This document shows, piece after piece, positions 1 through 9,943 of a DNA stretch of 64,000 bases; positions within the stretch are counted from its first letter, which is position 1, and each line of letters opens with the position of its first letter. The notes below the pieces were generated by a model, which was not told where the DNA came from, ran no database searches, and was given only the letters and a program-made list of their open reading frames with translations. The stretch spans positions 176,018,001-176,082,000 of the forward strand of contig OZ038378.1 in the NCBI GenBank assembly GCA_964036045.1, given 5' to 3'. This DNA comes from Eutreptiella sp. 'Long Island Sound 2002'. Lineage: Eukaryota; Protista; Euglenida. Position numbers and translations under genes: made by a program.

Positions 1-1084
1 TGGCCAAAATTAGCCAGCGGACCAAAATCATTGTTGCAAAAACTTGGGTTCATTTTTGTGGTCGTCGCAATGGTGGCAGCACCCCACCCTGCCCAAATGC
101 ATCCCAACTCAAAGCGACAGAAGATTTGGTATTGGACCATTGATACTTCCTGTAGTTATAGCGCAGGGCATCTACATTAACTTTTGGAACAACATGACTA
201 TCCATAACATGTGAACGAACAAACAGGGGTCTACAATGGGAGCAAAGGCAAAATATCAAGGCACTTTGATATTTGATTGCCCAATCGCATTGTTCGCTGA
301 AAACCCACAGCGATGACATCCTCGCCCCATCACTATCCACATGACCAGCAAGATGGCACGTCTTCGTCACTGACGGTCACCCACATCTTCGACTGTGATC
401 ATGGTGTAGGCCTTTCAGCCGCCAAGTTTTGACTGCCATCCCCTAAGGGATCTTTTTGCTTCAGCTCCTGTCCGTTCCACCAACGTGGACTTTTTTTTTT
501 TGGCTTTTGGCACAAATGCCACCATGACCCATCCCGCTGCTTCGTTTTGAGGCAACTCATTGAAATAAAGCCTCGGCCATGAGATTTGTGCGTGACGGAG
601 AAATCAAATCATGCGAATAAATTTTCTCAATTGCGGCTTGAAAACCTCGTGGCGCTGTTTTTGAAATAAATTGGCCAAGGGCTTTTTAACCCTCCGTGGA
701 TTTTCCGGAAACCAAGGCGATCTCAACAGATAAGCACGGGCAAGCACGAGCAATGCTTCAATGTGTCCTCTGGATATGGTGTCCCGAAAGTTGAACTACA
801 CACTTTGGCGGAAAATCACGCCCTCATCAGGTCTAAAGGAAATGAATGCACACATGTCAAAAAAAATAGAGAAAGTAGAGTCCCAACCACAAAACTGCCC
901 TCAAAGACACACAAAGTTAATTCCCATCGCTGGACACAGGCGCTTTGTACAAAAATTATGCGGCTACACAGCAGCACTTCTTGAGTTGGCCCCAGGGGTT
1001 GGGGGGGGGGGGGGTGGGGAAGGGAGCACTCCGATGGTACAACACGCGATTTAGCTCTCGCACTTTCAATTGGTTTCTGTTCAT

Positions 1085-1150
1085 CTGGCCGCTCTAACCG
1101 CTCTCACCGCTCTCCACAACCCTCAACAACCCTCAACAACCCTCCAACCC
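1085..1150. repeat. Short tandem repeats (CCGCTCT)x3 followed by (CAACCCTCAA)x3
   Basis: Read directly from the sequence. Confidence 0.7.
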
Positions 1151-1179
1151 GAGATGACAGCTTGCAAAACGGAACCTAA

Positions 1180-1554
1180 ATTGTACCGCGTCTTGAAAAA
1201 TATAAATTCTCCGACACAAGTAATTGGCACGTTTAGCATCTTCAGCAATTGATATGTCCCCACGGTATTGAACTTGAGGCTGAGATTGACGAACACGTTG
1301 GAGAGGGCCCCCGACAGGATGATTAGGGCGCGGACCTTACGAGGGGGCGGCTCCACATCCGGAGCTCGGCATTGGACGCTCACAAACGCGAACACCGTGC
1401 AAGTAATTTGGTGCAGCGTCAGCAGCAACGTAGGACCAAACCCGAAGTGGTACGAAATGTACAATTTTTTGTTGATAGTGATAATGCTGGTGGTGCAGGC
1501 CACATTGAGAATGATAACCAACAACGCTACAGCGTTGCCCGCCAATGCAGCCAT
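1180..1554 (-). CDS. First exon of a triose-phosphate/nucleotide-sugar transporter (TPT/SLC35E, UXT/URGT-like); 3' boundary and later exons unresolved
   Basis: MAALAGNAVALLVIILNVACTTSIITINKKLY..FGFGPTLLLTLHQ..NLSLKFNTVGTYQLLKMLNVPITCVGEFIFFKTRY matches the family motifs INKxL, F-x-LT-x-H and NLSL-x-NSVG-x-YQ-x-K. ATG at 1554 is preceded by a pyrimidine tract and AG (cctttttctag-ttgcc-ATG). Confidence 0.8.
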
Positions 1555-2306
1555 GGCAACTAGAAAAAGGTTAATGCAAAAAAGCACACAACAGAAGGAA
1601 AACATATTACAGACCTTAGACATGGTCACATCAGGCTTAAGGATTGGTCCTGCTCCAGGCTGCATGCTCCGGGGGCCCACACATTTGGGTGAGAGTCCTC
1701 TTAGGCTTGGCCCAGCACCCTCGTACTGCCAGCACAGAGATAGGGTAAGTGAGGGATTTCCGGCCTTCCTGGGGACCCAATGGGACTGTGGGTGCAGCAG
1801 GTAGTTTTGCCAGTTGTTTGCAAACTTCTTGCTTGTTCTTTCTCTCTGGTCAGCGATGGAGTCTATGTTGGGGAAGCGCATGACATACCATTTTTTGACA
1901 TTTCCCGGGGGCCGCGGGGGGGGGGGGGGGGCTGAGCGCAGTCATTCAGAAACGGACTAAATGTACGGTTCTGCCTGAGCCAGAGACTGCAATGTTCACA
2001 GTTATTGGAAAGCCTACTGCAGGGTGACAGATGGGTTGCAGTGTTGCCAAATCGCACCTTTCTTCAATCAAATGTGACACATCGATGAAATCAACCTGGA
2101 CTCTGCACAGATCCATAGGTTCTTCAGGCTCTTGTCTTTCCATTCTGTCTCAAATAGCGAACCTCATATTGCATTGTAGAACCGATTGGCACCACCAGCT
2201 TTTGCTCTCCCCATTTCTGGGCCAGTATGCAATCCCAAATCTACGTGAAGGACTGAACAGACCCGCACACTTTTCAGGGTTTGCACTCAGCGAGCATCGT
2301 TCCATT

Positions 2307-3545
2307 ATGACGTGCGATTCCCCCGCCGACCCCAACAGGGTTGGCCCCTCGCAGCCCCCCCTCAACTTTGTCGATGGGAACGGCTACATTGTGCTCGGGG
2401 GGTGGTGAATGCAAAGGATTATGAGGTGGGGTGGGGCAAGGTGATGAGGGTGTGGCGACGAGAAAGTGGTGGGGAAATAATTTGAGTTGCTGTTCATCGC
2501 CGGGCTGAGTGAGGAGCAGGCGAGGGACCCTGCACTCCCCCGGCATTGGCAAAGCAAAGGGTCGCTGGGGCAGGGGGTGGGGTGGGGGGGCTTTTCAAGA
2601 AGTTCCACCCCCCCTTTGTGGAAAGTGTCCCTAAGGTCGGGGACCTCCACCCGATGATGCCGGGCAGTGTCATTGTGGCAAGTGTCGGGAGTGGGCCCCA
2701 GCTCCCCCACACCGACATCGCCACGCATCCTGAGCCCCCCCCCCCTTACGGGAGGAACATCTCGGGATGCCACCTGAGTAGTTTCCTGTGTCTTTCAGAG
2801 GAGTACCAGGTGCGGGTGCAGGCGGGGACGGCCCTAGGGGAGGCGGCGGAGGTGCGCTGGGACACCATTGAGCTGCAGAGGGGGGACATGCTGCTCATGG
2901 TGGCCACCAGCCGCCACCATGGGATGCTTGCCCTCCCGGGCGCCCGAGATGGGCTGCAAGGGGCCTTTTTAACTTGTGGATCCCCGACGCCAAGCACCGC
3001 CACCACCAACCCAACACCACCCACCTCGATCCCACTCCCCCCCTTGAAGCCTTGGCCGTTGCTGGTGACCTATCCAGCTGGGACTGCCCCAACGTGGACC
3101 AGGTGCCGTGGTTGGGGAAAGGGGCCATTGGGAGGGTGGGTTTGTGGGAAGGGGATGCTGCCTAGGCCCTGTTTGCTGACGCCACCGAGGTGCCCTCGTC
3201 GCCCCCCCCCACGTGCCCCTACCACCCCACCCACGTTCCTATCGTGCTTTGCCCCGGCTGACGTCCTGGCCATGCTGGAGGTGGCCGAGCACTCGGTGCT
3301 CTTCTTCGCCGGCCTGGTGCACCAGTTGGAGGTCACCAAGGACGGCACGGTCGACGAGGGGGAGGCGATCAACTTCGCCATCTCCGGCATTGCCCCCCCC
3401 CCCCCCCGTCCGGCCCAACCACGTTGTGGTACTTGGGGAACAACGCCCCAGCGTGGCAAAGCCCCAAGTGCACGCGTGCCGGGGCCTGGTCCATCTACTG
3501 CCCGTGCGATTGTAAGGTGTGCCCCTTGTGCAATTCCGCGTGTTT
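2307..3545 (+). pseudogene. Frameshifted PhyH-like 2OG-Fe(II) dioxygenase with a C-terminal Cys cluster
   Basis: Across frames: NFVDGNGYIVLG (PhyH-type N-terminus), GPQLPHTD (HxD), LQRGDMLLMVATSRHHG (distal His), then KCTRAGAWSIYCPCDCKVCPLCNSAC. Several frameshifts, and an in-frame TAG at 3163-3165. Confidence 0.65.
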
Positions 3546-3695
3546 GCTTACTTTTCCAACAAATTCGTACCAATTTCGTACGAATTTCATGCCCACGAAT
3601 GTTTGGGGCAAGTGTCGGAATGCAGAAGTTTCTGTGGGATTCGTACGAAATTTGTACGAGTTTCGTGCGAATTTCTGCGAATTTGTCCGAAATGT
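3545..3695. repeat. Degenerate array of the palindromic decamer TTCGTACGAA
   Basis: Variants such as aattcgtacc, atttcgtacgaattt, ttcgtacgaaattt, ttgtacgagttt and ttcgtgcgaattt are read directly. Confidence 0.7.
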
Positions 3696-3735
3696 GTACG
3701 ACTGATCTGTACACTCGCGGGGCGCGCTTGGCTCT

Positions 3736-4420
3736 CCCTCGTCCTCTCGCGTTAGCAGTGCATGCGGCATCCGTCCTGCTCGCTACCATCCTGCGGGTTT
3801 TTTTCCTGGTGCCCTTACCCAATGTGAGGCGCTCGTTCTGGGCAACCACTGCTGTACCGTCCCGGCCTCTTATTATCTCTGGCTCCTCTATCTTGCTCTC
3901 TACACCCGTACTGATGACGATGGCCGCCCTGCCGCCGGCGCTACTCTGTCCTGGCAACTCGGTCCCGCCACTCCTTTTGTCGGCCGCGCAGCCCCCTGCG
4001 TGTAGCCGGCCACACCTCAACAGACTCAACGGTCCAGAGCGCAGCCCTGCTGCGACGCCGGGACGTGCACCACGGCTCTACTGCTGTACGCCTTATCTCC
4101 ACTATTCTCCACTGTTCTCCTCTGTGCGCTTTGTACGCTTGCTCCTTGCGTCTACCCTCGTGTCGCAGTGCCGGCACAATGCCATGGCACCGGGGTCTCA
4201 CACTCTAGTCGCCGGTCCGTAGGAGCGCTTGACAGCCACATCTGTGAGGCACAACAAAGTGGGCGCCAGTCCTTGGACTTGCCCTGTCTTGTCTAGTCTT
4301 CTCGCTCGCAGGACGAGGCTGGCACCCAGTGCGCCACCCTCACCCTCGTCCTCTCGCGTTGGCAGTGCATACAGGATCCGTCCCGCTAGCTACCATCCTG
4401 AGGGTTTTTATACTGGTGCC
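3736..4420 (+). repeat. Pair of ~78-bp diverged direct repeats (3736-3813 and 4343-4420) flanking ~530 bp
   Basis: ccctcgtcctctcgcgtt(a/g)gcagtgcat...gctaccatcctg(c/a)gggttttt...ctggtgcc occurs twice. Confidence 0.75.
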
Positions 4421-5767
4421 AGGTCACCAAGAAGGGAGGAGGGGGAGGGTCTTTGGGGGGTGGGGGCAGAGTTTTCCTTCAAGAGGGGGGGGTCCGAAGG
4501 GGAGGGGGGGCTGGGGGGGGCGACCCCCCCCCCCAAGGAGGCCCTGAGTTTTTGTGAGGGGATTTTTCTTCACGTAGACCGGGTGGCAATAAAACTAACT
4601 GAAACTCCCTGGTGCCGGTGAACCAACAAATGCCATTCTCCATAGCAGAGAGGGGGTTCCAAGCCTTTTTCGAAAATCTGTAAAGGACAGGGCGGAAAAG
4701 GAACTGAGGCTTGAACCCATTCCCATCTCCCATGTCCACCCGCGAACCTTATAGCCATCCGTGACCGTCCTTGTTACCTGACAGCCCAATCAATAAAGGG
4801 GTGGGGGGTGCCCCCCCCCCCCCCAAAGGATCTCGAGATGCTGAGTTGTTTAGCCACACTCTTGGGGGGGGGGGGCTAGGCCGCCGCCCTCCTCCCCTAT
4901 GGCCGGGGGTACGGCATGTACTGGCCAGTTGAGCATGTGCCGGTGGTGTTGAGGATGGTCTCGCGGCTTGGACCGGGCACCACCGTTGACGATCCTATTG
5001 AGCCGTGAAAATGTGATACATGGCGGAAGTGGTGACAGCTGAGTGTTGAGTGCTGAGTTTACGTAGCTCGATCGCCGTTCGTTGCCCTTCCACCAAGCCG
5101 CTGTTGTGGTCCGCCGTTTCTGTTTCTCCATGGTGCGGGTTGCGTTGACCACAACATTTAGGATCCATACGGTCTTAACCTTCATCACCATGAGGACGCA
5201 ACAGTGCTCATGGTAACAAATCCAAATTACCCCCTTCTGAAAGACAGATGTGCAAAGGACAAAACTTTCACATGGGCACAATTATTCAGCGCTGTCAGTA
5301 ATTGCCTTGCACTACTCAACACAACGGTGTACTAGTGTGGCGTGCATTCAACAGCACAATGTTGCATGAAAGTTCAAGAAAAATCGTCCTGAAACTCGCC
5401 TCCATCTAACACTTTTAAAGCTCACCTTGTGATGTGGTGTGACCTCCAAGGAGAAGGTAGGCAATGTCGCATGCAAGTTCTTGGCGAAAGCATTCTTGAA
5501 ACCGCACGTGAGAATGTGGTTTGTCGGGCCACCAAAAGCATACTATTGATCCATGAAACTGCTTTCAAAAAAACTGTTCAAAGTGCACATAGTAATGTTG
5601 CGCGAAATTGAAAACATCCACGCCGACTTCTTGTAAAAATTTTGTTTTGAAGCGCAACCGGTGATGCATTGCGAAGCAACGCAAAGCAATGATCAATATC
5701 GGTACCGTACACTCAATAAACTGGCCTTGGTGAGGTGGACTACAAGCACAGCAACAAAATTGTCCAT

Positions 5768-5987
5768 GGAGCTTACCCATGTCACAACATGTATCGTGGC
5801 ACACCCAATGAACCCCCCCCCCCCATCCCCCCCCCCCCCCTCCGTGCCGGCACAGGTGACACACATGACACAAGTGCCACTCATCCTACACAAACCATTG
5901 CGCACCGTGCCACAACACAGCCCAAGTGGCGGCCCCGTGACATAACAGAGCCCCCCTCCCCCCCCCCTCCGTAGCTGGGTAAGCTCC
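5768..5987. mobile_element. MITE, 12-bp TIR GGAGCTTACCCA, 3-bp TSD CAT
   Basis: cat|ggagcttaccca...tgggtaagctcc|cat; the interior is homologous to the copy at 9146-9405. Confidence 0.85.
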
Positions 5988-6951
5988 CATGAACCTTCTT
6001 GAAAGACAAAATTCGCAAAAGCGCATGTGGTAATGTGGTGTAACAACAAACCACAAGAGAGCCAACACTGCATAAACCTTTTTCGCCAAAAAAAGAAAGA
6101 GCACCCAGTGATGTTGCGTAACATGGTGAAGGGAAACTAATGATCCATGAAAATTGTTGCAAAAGCATTGCGAAAAGTAGACCCGTTACCACAACATGCC
6201 ATGCAACCAAGAAGTGAACCAATGAACCATGTAGACTTTTTGTAAAAAGAATTGTTCCAAGGCGCGCCTTGTAAGGAGCACGTTCCGCTTGTTAGGGTAA
6301 CACTAGCCCCCCACCCCTGAACTGAACCCCCCGCCTCCGTGTCACTCAAAAATGCACACCATCCAAGCAAAAATTCCTAGCACCATTTAAATGATGTCAG
6401 CCCCCCACCCCCCAATGCGACCTAAGTAACATAAGGTGCCGTGAAACAATCCCTGTTGTAAGTCCCCGACAGCGTGGACCACACCCCGTTGTCCTTCGTC
6501 TTCGAGTATGACGTTGGGATGTTGTTCTGCAGGAAAATCCGGTGCTCTGGGGAACGTCCAGAGTGGCCGGCATTCGCGGCCGTGCAACCACACCTGCACC
6601 GCATCGCTTGCAAGATTCACTGCGGTGCAACCACAACGTTGTTACACTGGCTCTGGTGGGTGTAGGATACGTGTGATGGCAGCTCGTGGAAGAATCACCG
6701 CTTGTGGGTGTTGCTTTGGTGCGGCTGAGACAGCGCAGGCTTGATCTTCAATCGAATTCCTTGGCATGATCCACGTTCAGGCCATTATATGAGCGCTCGG
6801 GGCTTCACGCGCGCGTCATCGCAGCCATTGCTGCAGCCTGGCAGGTGTGACTGCCGGACAAACAGGGAATTGCGACGTCCGCAGGCTCTTGCAAAGCTCA
6901 GAGAGAATTGAGTGACAGGTCCCAACAGTGAAGAACGGGTACCGAGGCGCT

Positions 6952-7545
6952 TCACTGATCTCCAGGCAACATCTGGAGCCCCGCAAGTACTGAGTCCGGG
7001 CAGTGAGGGTTGTAGGGCCGCTCGACAGGGAGGTCGGGCACCAGTTCAGACACGGACCCGTCAAGGTGGGCCACGCGCACGCGGTCCGCAAGTGCGGTGA
7101 CGTCTTCAATGGAGACCGCGCTGTTGACGTAGAATTGTGAGAGGGCGCCCTTCATCCCAATTTGGATCGCGCGCCCCGGGGCCTTGTGGGGCTCTTTGCC
7201 ATCGCCCTTCATGAGGTCCCGGGCTGGGTCCCACTGCACACGGCCCTCGGTGCCACCGCCGCCGTGACCGTGCGCGCACCGGCTGAGAATTTCCGCCACG
7301 GCATCATGCCGGAGCTTGATCTTCAGAATGCGCCTCTGATTCTTGTCCTTGTGGCCGTATCCCGCGCGGTAGAGGACCCAGGCAAAGGAGGGCTTGATCC
7401 ACGTCATCCGCGCACGGTTGAACTGAGGCCCCCCAAAGCGTTGGTGCTGCAGCGCCCAGTCGGCGATGTGGTCATTGAATGCTTGGTAAAAAAAGACGCC
7501 CTCGTCGTCCCACTCGCCGTGGAACACTTGTGGGGGCTCAGCCAT
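6952..7545 (-). CDS. DUF4291 family protein, intronless
   Basis: VFFYQAFNDHIADWAL..F..F...RMTWIKPSFAWVLYRAGYG.K..Q.RIL.I..RVQWDPARD..RAIQIG..IEDVT are the characteristic DUF4291 blocks. ATG 7545 to TGA 6952, with GC3-rich codons. Confidence 0.9.
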   Translation of the reverse strand: MAEPPQVFHGEWDDEGVFFYQAFNDHIADWALQHQRFGGPQFNRARMTWIKPSFAWVLYRAGYGHKDKNQRRILKIKLRHDAVAEILSRCAHGHGGGGTEGRVQWDPARDLMKGDGKEPHKAPGRAIQIGMKGALSQFYVNSAVSIEDVTALADRVRVAHLDGSVSELVPDLPVERPYNPHCPDSVLAGLQMLPGDQ

Positions 7546-8159
7546 TTGGTGCCCCGTGAAGACGTCTGGGGCACTGTGGTAGCAGATAGAAAGAGGTCGG
7601 ATCTTGAAATAATGCGCATTTTGTCTCATCCGCATCTATGCAACATCCATTTTGGGGCCAAAGCATGATGTCCCAAGGTCTTCGTCGGTTCCAAAAGTGT
7701 GAGGCAGGGTCGATTGTCCTGAGTGTGTGGGGTCAGTTTTGAGGTGAGGATCGCAGTCTGGTTGGTTGTCATGTGTGTTCTAGATCACTTGTTATGAGAT
7801 CAACGATGGGTGTAGTATATGGTCATATAGGGGTAGTGGGTGTAGTAAAACACAGCAGTGCAAAATACTTCCTTGCACGTCGACTGGTGCTTGGTCACTT
7901 CGTCAAATGGCAGGCACAAGAGGGCATGCACAAATCCAAACAAGACACGAAGCCTTAGGCCCATCTGTGCAAAGAAGGGTGTGAACGTGGTGAGCATAAC
8001 TGGCTGCAGCGTTGGTACACACCATCATTAACCCTGTTGGTCACCGGACATTCACACACACACTGGCTATCATTGCTCTGGAGGAGTGCCTACATTGTCG
8101 AACCATTGTAAACCTTGGGCTGTGAGGAGGACATAGCCAGCTAGACTCCCGCACGCGCA

Positions 8160-8580
8160 GGGCCAAGCAAATCCAATGGGGAGGCCTTGCGGAACGGGCA
8201 GTGTTTCCACCGGCACATAGGGTAACCCTTGGTTAGGAATGTTCATGCAATGATGCTAACATTATGTGCAAAAATGGTCCCTGTCGCTGGCAGTCGGTAA
8301 TGGGCCGCCTTTTTTTACGAGGTTAGGGACAAGTGAGCGGAGCATGCGTGGCGTGTAGGGGTTGAACACATCCAGGAGTTTGGCCTGAGAGGGGGGTGAT
8401 GACACCATGAAAAACCGATCGTTTCATTGACAAAGTCGGGGTTCCGTCAGGGAGTGAGAGGGGGCCCCAGAGTGTACATTCTAGGAAGTCAAGTGAGCGC
8501 CCTGAGCCCTCCACAGTGAGTTCCATACCGGAAATTTCAGACAGGGTTTGCGGGATACTCCGGCAATCTTGTGCTACCTG
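8160..8580 (-). mobile_element. Penelope-like retroelement reverse transcriptase C-terminal fragment (decayed)
   Basis: MELTVEGSGRSLDFLECTL resembles the PLE RT motif FTxE...LxFLDxxI. A downstream frame reads TFLTKGYP, matching the PLE L-x-x-NGYP motif. Frameshifted, and truncated at the poly-C/G repeat near 8582. Confidence 0.55.
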
Positions 8581-9145
8581 CCCCCTTAATGAATTATTGA
8601 AGGGGGGGGGCATGTGAGCGGGTAAAAATAATTCATGATGGTAGGGGGGGGGGGCGGGTATGCGGGTGCCAAGTAAAATAAATCATTATTTCCCCGTGGG
8701 GGGGCGGATGCGGGGTATCTGGTAAAAAAAAACTCTGATGCTACTTGGGACAGAAATTTTGCGAATCTCGTTGTTTTGTCAAAAAAATTATACAACAAGT
8801 CTGGGCTTGGGTCTGCGAGTAATTGAAGTACAAAAAGCGAAAATTCAGAATGGGATGTAAACATGGGTTAACAGCCCGTTTTTTTTGCGAAAAAAAACAG
8901 GTTGTCCGTCCCCAGCCACAACCGTTTTTTTACCAAAAAAAAACGGGTTGTAACCTATTTTTAGCACCAAGGGGTTGCACTGTGAAATTCTCCATTTTTC
9001 AACCGAAAAAAACCGTTTTTGGATGCCACATGATGACGTCATCAAGGCTCCCAAAAAACAAGGAGTGACATCAATAGGAGGTTGAAGCCTACAAGAGGCA
9101 GCTTGCATTGTTGCCTCAAAGGGGCAATGTCCCCCTTTTTCCGTC

Positions 9146-9405
9146 GGAGCTTACCCATGTCACGGCACGTGCCGCGGCACACTTTCCGATGGTCCCCCCC
9201 GCCCTCCCCCCCCCCCCCCCCCTGCGTGTCATGGTGGCACGGCCGGCACGGCCGGCACAGGTGACACAAGTGCCGATCACCCTCACACAACACGACATAG
9301 CGGCGGCCCCGTGTGACATGACACACCCTATGTGGCGGCACCGTGGCACGGCACGGCCGGAGCCCCCCCCCCCCCCCCCCCCCCCGCCGTGGCTGGGTAA
9401 GCTCC
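9146..9405. mobile_element. MITE, 12-bp TIR GGAGCTTACCCA, 3-bp TSD GTC
   Basis: gtc|ggagcttaccca...tgggtaagctcc|gtc; same family as 5768-5987. Confidence 0.85.
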
Positions 9406-9864
9406 GTCGTATCAAATTCCACCAAATCCAGCTTGGCCTGGAACGTGGTACCACAGAACTTTGCCAGGGCGCTGTTGAATGGGCCTCTAAGGACCAGTCT
9501 TTTTTTCAAATTTTGAAGCGGTAGCTTCAGAGGGGGGGGGGGGGGTGAGGGCCGGCTTCACACCTGGAGAAATTGTTGCAATCCCAATTTCTGTCGTGAT
9601 TTGGGGCATGGCCTCCACCATCTTCGGCCCTTTTCGGCAAAAGCCCACCTTCGGTTTTTTTGGGGAAGGTCACCAAAGCCATAAGCGTTGCAATTGCATT
9701 GTAGTTCAAAGTGCCTAAAGTTGAAAGTGACACAAGGTTCTAAGTTTGAACGGAGCACAAAGTGAGCAAAAAGTAACAAAGGCGTGCACTATGTACAAAG
9801 ATGGCCAAACCTACACCACGAGACACCTTGCCGTTGGATAGTTCGGGATCGCAAGCACCACCAA

Positions 9865-9943
9865 GATGTAATCCCGTGCCCGCCCGCGGTGTCAATCCAG
9901 CCTAGTGCTGGATTGACACCGCGGGCGGGCACGGAATTACATC
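9865..9943. other. 37-bp-stem hairpin (one mismatch, 5-nt loop CTAGT)
   Basis: gatgtaatcccgtgcccgcccgcggtgtcaatccagc (9865-9901) pairs with gctggattgacaccgcgggcgggcacggaattacatc (9907-9943). Confidence 0.9.

Noticed and set aside
2546-4222. 558-aa ORF as one gene
   Set aside because: Only the first ~140 aa, and a short later block, look like dioxygenase sequence; the frame then runs through frameshifted and repeat DNA.
6422-6613. Possible terminal exon on the minus strand (NNIPTSYSKTKDNGVWSTLSG...)
   Set aside because: Good acceptor but no recognisable family and no partner exon.
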